This document shows positions 58,701 through 61,189 of a stretch of 61,189 bases of DNA, in pieces; the stretch's first letter is position 1, and each line of letters begins with the position of its first letter. Both the position numbers and the translations under genes were made by a program. Below the pieces are notes generated by a model. That model had not been told where the DNA came from, searched no databases, and was given only the letters and a program-made list of their open reading frames with translations. Source of the DNA: Tubiluchus corallicola (lineage: Eukaryota > Animalia > Priapulida); contig JAQGDQ010000598.1 of NCBI GenBank assembly GCA_030141605.1, positions 1 through 61,189 of the forward strand, read 5' to 3'.

Positions 58701-61122
58701 AAAAAGGAAATGTAGTACTTGCGCCCGCTTGAGATGCTACTGGCCGACATGAGATTGTACACAACACACGTCAGATTTTTAAAATTACGTATCTATGTTT
58801 AAGAGTTTAAAACATTCTTATGGACATTTAAGTAAAGTTTTTTAAAAGGTACATGTACAGTATGGGAAAAGTTATTATTAAGGGAATGGGAAAGGGTTAT
58901 GTGGGGAGGGTTTATAAAGACTTAACATAATGTATAACTACTAAAATAAGTATAGCGTCCCTACTTCGCGGAAATTCACTTATCGCGGGTGGGCTTGCAA
59001 TGGAACACCTGCGATAAGCGAGGGAACGCTGTACATATATTTACGTGTATATGTGTAATGTATCAACAACTTAATCTAGATTTTTTATTAAAGCCTGCAC
59101 ATGTTAACTTAATGTGTATCGTGATACGTATTGTATCCTGAGGTTAGTATCATAACTTAGGTGTATCATTGCAGCCATATCTGCTACTGAGATGTAAGAG
59201 GTGCCACATTTATCGTTTATTTGTAACGTCCTTCCTTTTATGATTAAGCCAGCAAGAAATGTCTCTTAAAGGAAAACAGAATGATTTTTCATCTCCTGCT
59301 CTGTTTTGAAGTACAGTAAAAAAGTATACATTCTAACACATACAGTAATGCTAGAGTGTTTCTGTTAATGAACAATAGCTTAAAAACTTAACGGCCTGTG
59401 AGTGCAGCAAGTGATTACATTAGAACTGAACTTTTTAGCGGCAGAAGCGTTCCACGGCGCGTTTTTGCAAGAAGGGAGACAAATAGGGAAGGTTAAGGTC
59501 AGGAAGGGCATCCGCCTCTAAAAACTGCGCCAAAACCTTCTATGAATGAGTCGGTGAGACTTAAAGGTAAAGTCCGCAAAGAAGTGGTCAGACCTGCTCT
59601 AATCTATGGGCTGGAACAGCTTCTCTAAAGGAGACCGAAGAAAAGAAAATGGGTGTGGTGGAGATGAGGATGTTGAGATGGATGGTGGGAATAACAAGGA
59701 GAGATAAAATTAGAAATAATAATATCAGAGGAATAGTAAAAGTAGTGGCAGCCTCGCAAGATTGCGATGGTATGGACACCTGAAAAGAAGAGTCGGTGAA
59801 GATCATGTGGGAAGGGAAGACATAAATGAAGAGATGGTCAACAACAGGAATGCGTGAAGACTCATTCACAACGGCGACCCCGCATAGGGAAAAGCTGGGA
59901 AGAAGAAGAAGAAGTAATCAGTGTGTCATTGCAAAGTTGGTAAATTTTGTGAAAGCCACCTCTTAGTGTGCAGAAGAGTTATTGCTTTCTAGTGGAAGTC
60001 GTAGAAATGCCGTTTTTTCATTAAAATTTGCCTAGTAGTTTCACTAATGTTTTTGTTTTTAAGGCTATTAGAAAATCGTTAGCTGAGCAGTTACCAGAAC
60101 AGCCACCAGAGGGCACCGGAGATGTCAGGGTGGTTAGGTTAAGAACACCGTCATCGGAAACTCTTCAGCGACGATTCAAAGGCTCCGACAAATTACAGGT
60201 ATGGGGCTGGATTTACGTATAAATAACATGTATAGATGTTTCATATACAAATTTTTTGCATAAGATATATGAGTTTTTTGCCTAAATTACGCATGTATGA
60301 TAATAATGTGTTTTTGCATGTAAAATGCATATACAAGGTATGTGTTTTTGCTGATTGTATGTATGAGACATAGTGAGAATTACAAACTTACAACAAAATT
60401 GTTTTGCTTGTGGAATAAGCCTTTTCATAGTTTCGTTGTGCACACGCTCAGTTGCTGTAGGTCAAATGTTAAGTGTACCACAGCAACGCATCTTAACTAC
60501 AACTGTCACGTCACCTGTAGGTAAAGCAAATCTGTCTGCCTCATCAGTTCAGTAACTTCAGTTTTTTACTTAATTGTACATTAGTCTGTGCGTAGGGTGA
60601 TTTACTACCAGGATCTTGCTTGAGAACAAGAAAAATAAACTCTAGCTAGCTGGAAAAATTGTTAACATTACAACAGCATGGGCTGCAAGAGGTTATCAAG
60701 TGTGTTGTCGCGTCTATTTAACCTTTGACGTTGTCACTATCATCATCATTCACTTTAACTGTGAACAGGCTTGTTCTAGAAAATGGTTTGCAAGCATTAA
60801 CTTATTGATTTTTGCATTGTTGGAGTTTTAAATATTTTTTCCAGTTGAGTGGAATGTACCGGGGTTTTCCACGAAAACTCTCATAGTAGATTAAATTTAA
60901 ATAATTACCAAACAAATGTTGGATTGTCTAACTAATGCAAGAGTTGATAAGTAGATTATGTGACTGTGTAATGTAGATCTTGTTTTAGAGCGGCTTATTG
61001 TGTTGAAGTTGTTAAAAATTAAAACTGTATTTGTTCTTTGTCAGGTTTTACTTAACTGGATAGCATCAAATGGGTTTCCTGTAGAGGAGTATAAAGTGTT
61101 ACAGAGCTGGCCTCGTCGTGAT
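31787..61122 (+). CDS. FAF1: FAS-associated factor 1 (UBA-UBL-UBL-UAS-coiled coil-UBX p97 adaptor), 3'-partial
   Basis: Exons 31787-31828, 32187-32255, 33684-33785, 34584-34764, 37339-37540, 40119-40227, 40537-40626, 49768-49857, 50880-51006, 52199-52262, 54166-54247, 54615-54769, 55702-55838, 56701-56789, 57744-57824, 58546-58656, 60064-60198, 61045-61122. All phases are compatible, giving 648 codons. Motifs REEILANFQACTGI..NWNL (UBA), RYGECHPVFFLGSL, RKLLAVYLHHD..FITWAWD (UAS) and RLRTPSSETLQRRF..WPRRD (UBX). The last exon lies beyond the window. Confidence 0.96.
32575..33605 (+). mobile_element. Decayed CR1-group LINE fragment, split by an insertion
   Basis: LYIGLVRPYLEYCLQLWN..QKDILLMESVQRRA (32575-32765) and SKGHNLKLFKEHSRFDICKYSFTVSMVNEWNNLP (~33410-33520). 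Confidence 0.8.
34292..34413 (-). repeat. Inverted copy of the OXCT1 upstream segment 29764-29864, flanked by a 23-bp direct duplication
   Basis: 34309-34409 is the reverse complement of 29764-29864; ATCTCTTCTTAGTGATGATCTTG at 34269-34291 and 34414-34436. Confidence 0.88.
34745..35660 (+). repeat. 31-bp minisatellite (~29 units) starting in the FAF1 exon 4/donor junction
   Basis: Consensus ATTTGATAATGAACTAGCAAGTATGTGATCT; first unit is ACCTGATAATGAAGTTGTAG|GTATGTAATCT. Confidence 0.92.
36102..36577 (+). mobile_element. pogo/Tigger deletion derivative with an N-terminal HTH fragment
   Basis: TA-CAGTGATCCCTCGCT left end and AAGTGAGGGAGCTCTA right end; 36373-36438 encodes GRSYAAVGRHYGINESTVRYIK (CENP-B/psq-type HTH of Tigger transposases). 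Confidence 0.8.
37680..37860. repeat. Degenerate ~72-bp tandem repeat, ~2.5 copies
   Basis: TTGGACAGTAATGA(T/C)CATGTTA at 37681 and 37753, with a decayed third unit. Confidence 0.7.
38480..39675. repeat. 31-bp purine-rich minisatellite (GGGGCGAAAAGTCGGGGAAAATGATGAAGAT), ~38 copies
   Basis: Direct observation; explains the F/S/P/H-rich minus-strand ORFs. Embedded in a hAT-like element of ~38390-40019 ending GGGCACCCTG. Confidence 0.95.
40891..41534. repeat. 49-bp minisatellite, ~13 copies
   Basis: Unit CTGATGATATCGGTTCTTGATGAGGTGGTAGATCTACTTGACGATGAAC (starts 40987, 41036). Confidence 0.95.
41649..42049 (+). mobile_element. hAT MITE family A, copy 3
   Basis: TIRs CAGGGGTGTGCAAA / TTTGCACACCCCTG; perfect TSD GGTTAAAG. 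Confidence 0.92.
43326..43771. mobile_element. Kolobok-like non-autonomous element
   Basis: AGGACAAGAAAATGGCC / GGCCTTTCCTTGTCCT inverted ends bordered by TTAA. Confidence 0.65.
44165..47687 (-). CDS. Nested antisense gene for an uncharacterised secreted protein (~258 aa); one +1 frameshift in the assembly
   Basis: Exons 47687-47657, 46748-46683, 45668-45524, 45203-45072 and 44568-44165, all GT-AG with phase-1 introns. Exon 3 is 145 nt instead of 144 (A7 run at 45564-45570). Corrected protein: MASATSWRFLAGIILLLMTVALVRETTA-TRCATSCKDEKILAEVDLTTSQHKLDGSQVRWATEHPFFGKLTQTPGSCNERGVLELTFPAVKSNQKYMRVDFYFEGLNKTQAWAFDIADSRTDGYGGDDGSTSNAAEIHSFNNGGILVYGG...NYKVYLALNRVIRNRTDRTGKDLCKAEVTQMVCDD*. AATAAA on the - strand at 44057-44062. 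Confidence 0.8.
45768..46005. repeat. (GTA/GCA)n trinucleotide microsatellite
   Basis: Direct observation; lies in intron 2 of the nested gene and explains the poly-Ser and poly-Val/Ala ORFs. Confidence 0.95.
49105..49499. mobile_element. MITE family B, copy 1
   Basis: TIRs AATAAGCCTTTTCATAGTT / AACTGTGAAAAGGCTTATT; internally the reverse complement of 60414-60775. Confidence 0.8.
50033..50694. repeat. 27-bp minisatellite (GTTACAGTTATGAGATGCCCTGTATAT), ~24 copies
   Basis: Direct observation, in FAF1 intron 8; explains the 9-aa-periodic ORFs in several frames. Confidence 0.95.
51916..52105. repeat. ~76-bp direct duplication with 114-bp spacing
   Basis: ATGAATTAATGAGTGTCCAGTGTGCACGAAG..TTCAGTCTGT at 51916-51991 and 52030-52105. 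Confidence 0.85.
52361..52777 (-). repeat. Inverted copy of 3447-3863
   Basis: Near-identical reverse complement aligned by eye. Confidence 0.9.
58857..59032 (+). mobile_element. Right end of the pogo/Tigger family seen at 36102-36577
   Basis: Shared GGGGAGGGTTTATAAAGACTTAA..TTCGCGGAAATTCACTTA..; ends AAGCGAGGGAACGCTG-TA. Confidence 0.7.
59440..59913 (+). mobile_element. Internally deleted RTE-clade LINE derivative (5' UTR fused to the RT C-terminus)
   Basis: GGTCAGGAAGGGCATCCG motif, then LKGKV..VVRPALIYG..EMRMLRWMVGITRRDKIRNNNIR..RLRWYGHLKRR..GDPA* and a (GAA)n tail. Confidence 0.8.
60414..60775. mobile_element. MITE family B, copy 2 (inverted relative to copy 1)
   Basis: AATAAGCCTTTTCATAGTT / AACTGTGAACAGGCTTGTT. 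Confidence 0.78.
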
Positions 61123-61130
61123 GTAAGTGT

Positions 61131-61189
61131 TTCTCTCTCTCTCTCTCTCTCTCCCTCTCTCTCTCTCCCTCTCTCTCCCTCTCTCTCTC
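61131..61189. repeat. (CT)n microsatellite running off the window edge
   Basis: Direct observation. Confidence 0.95.

Noticed and set aside
60510-60560. Hammerhead-like CTGATGAGGCAG on the minus strand of MITE family B
   Set aside because: The required GAAA after stem II is absent, and the sister copy reads CTGATGTG.

Overview
AT-rich, intron-rich genomic DNA from an invertebrate animal (GT-AG introns at positions that match my recollection of the human orthologues, TTAGGG-type repeats; a lophotrochozoan is plausible but unproven). Manual exon assembly gives three conserved genes. ISCA1 (+) has 4 coding exons and 129 aa. OXCT1/SCOT (-) has 13 exons and ~529 aa. FAF1/UBXN3A (+) has 18 exons in the window and runs off the right edge; it lies head-to-head with OXCT1. 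The main surprise is a five-exon antisense gene nested in the 9-kb intron 7 of FAF1 (44165-47687). It encodes a ~258-aa signal-peptide protein I cannot assign to a named family, is mostly invisible in the ORF track, and has a single +1 base in an A7 run. Also notable: an orphan GCKIII-kinase-like exon inside ISCA1; several locally templated copies of host-gene segments (an OXCT1 splice acceptor inside a MITE, the OXCT1 upstream region copied into a FAF1 intron); minisatellites that appear to have grown out of a splice donor and out of MITE subterminal motifs; a 5S rRNA-headed SINE; an interstitial telomere-like higher-order array; and many hAT, pogo/Tc1, piggyBac and Kolobok-like MITEs plus CR1 and RTE remnants. 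All calls are by eye, with no database searches.
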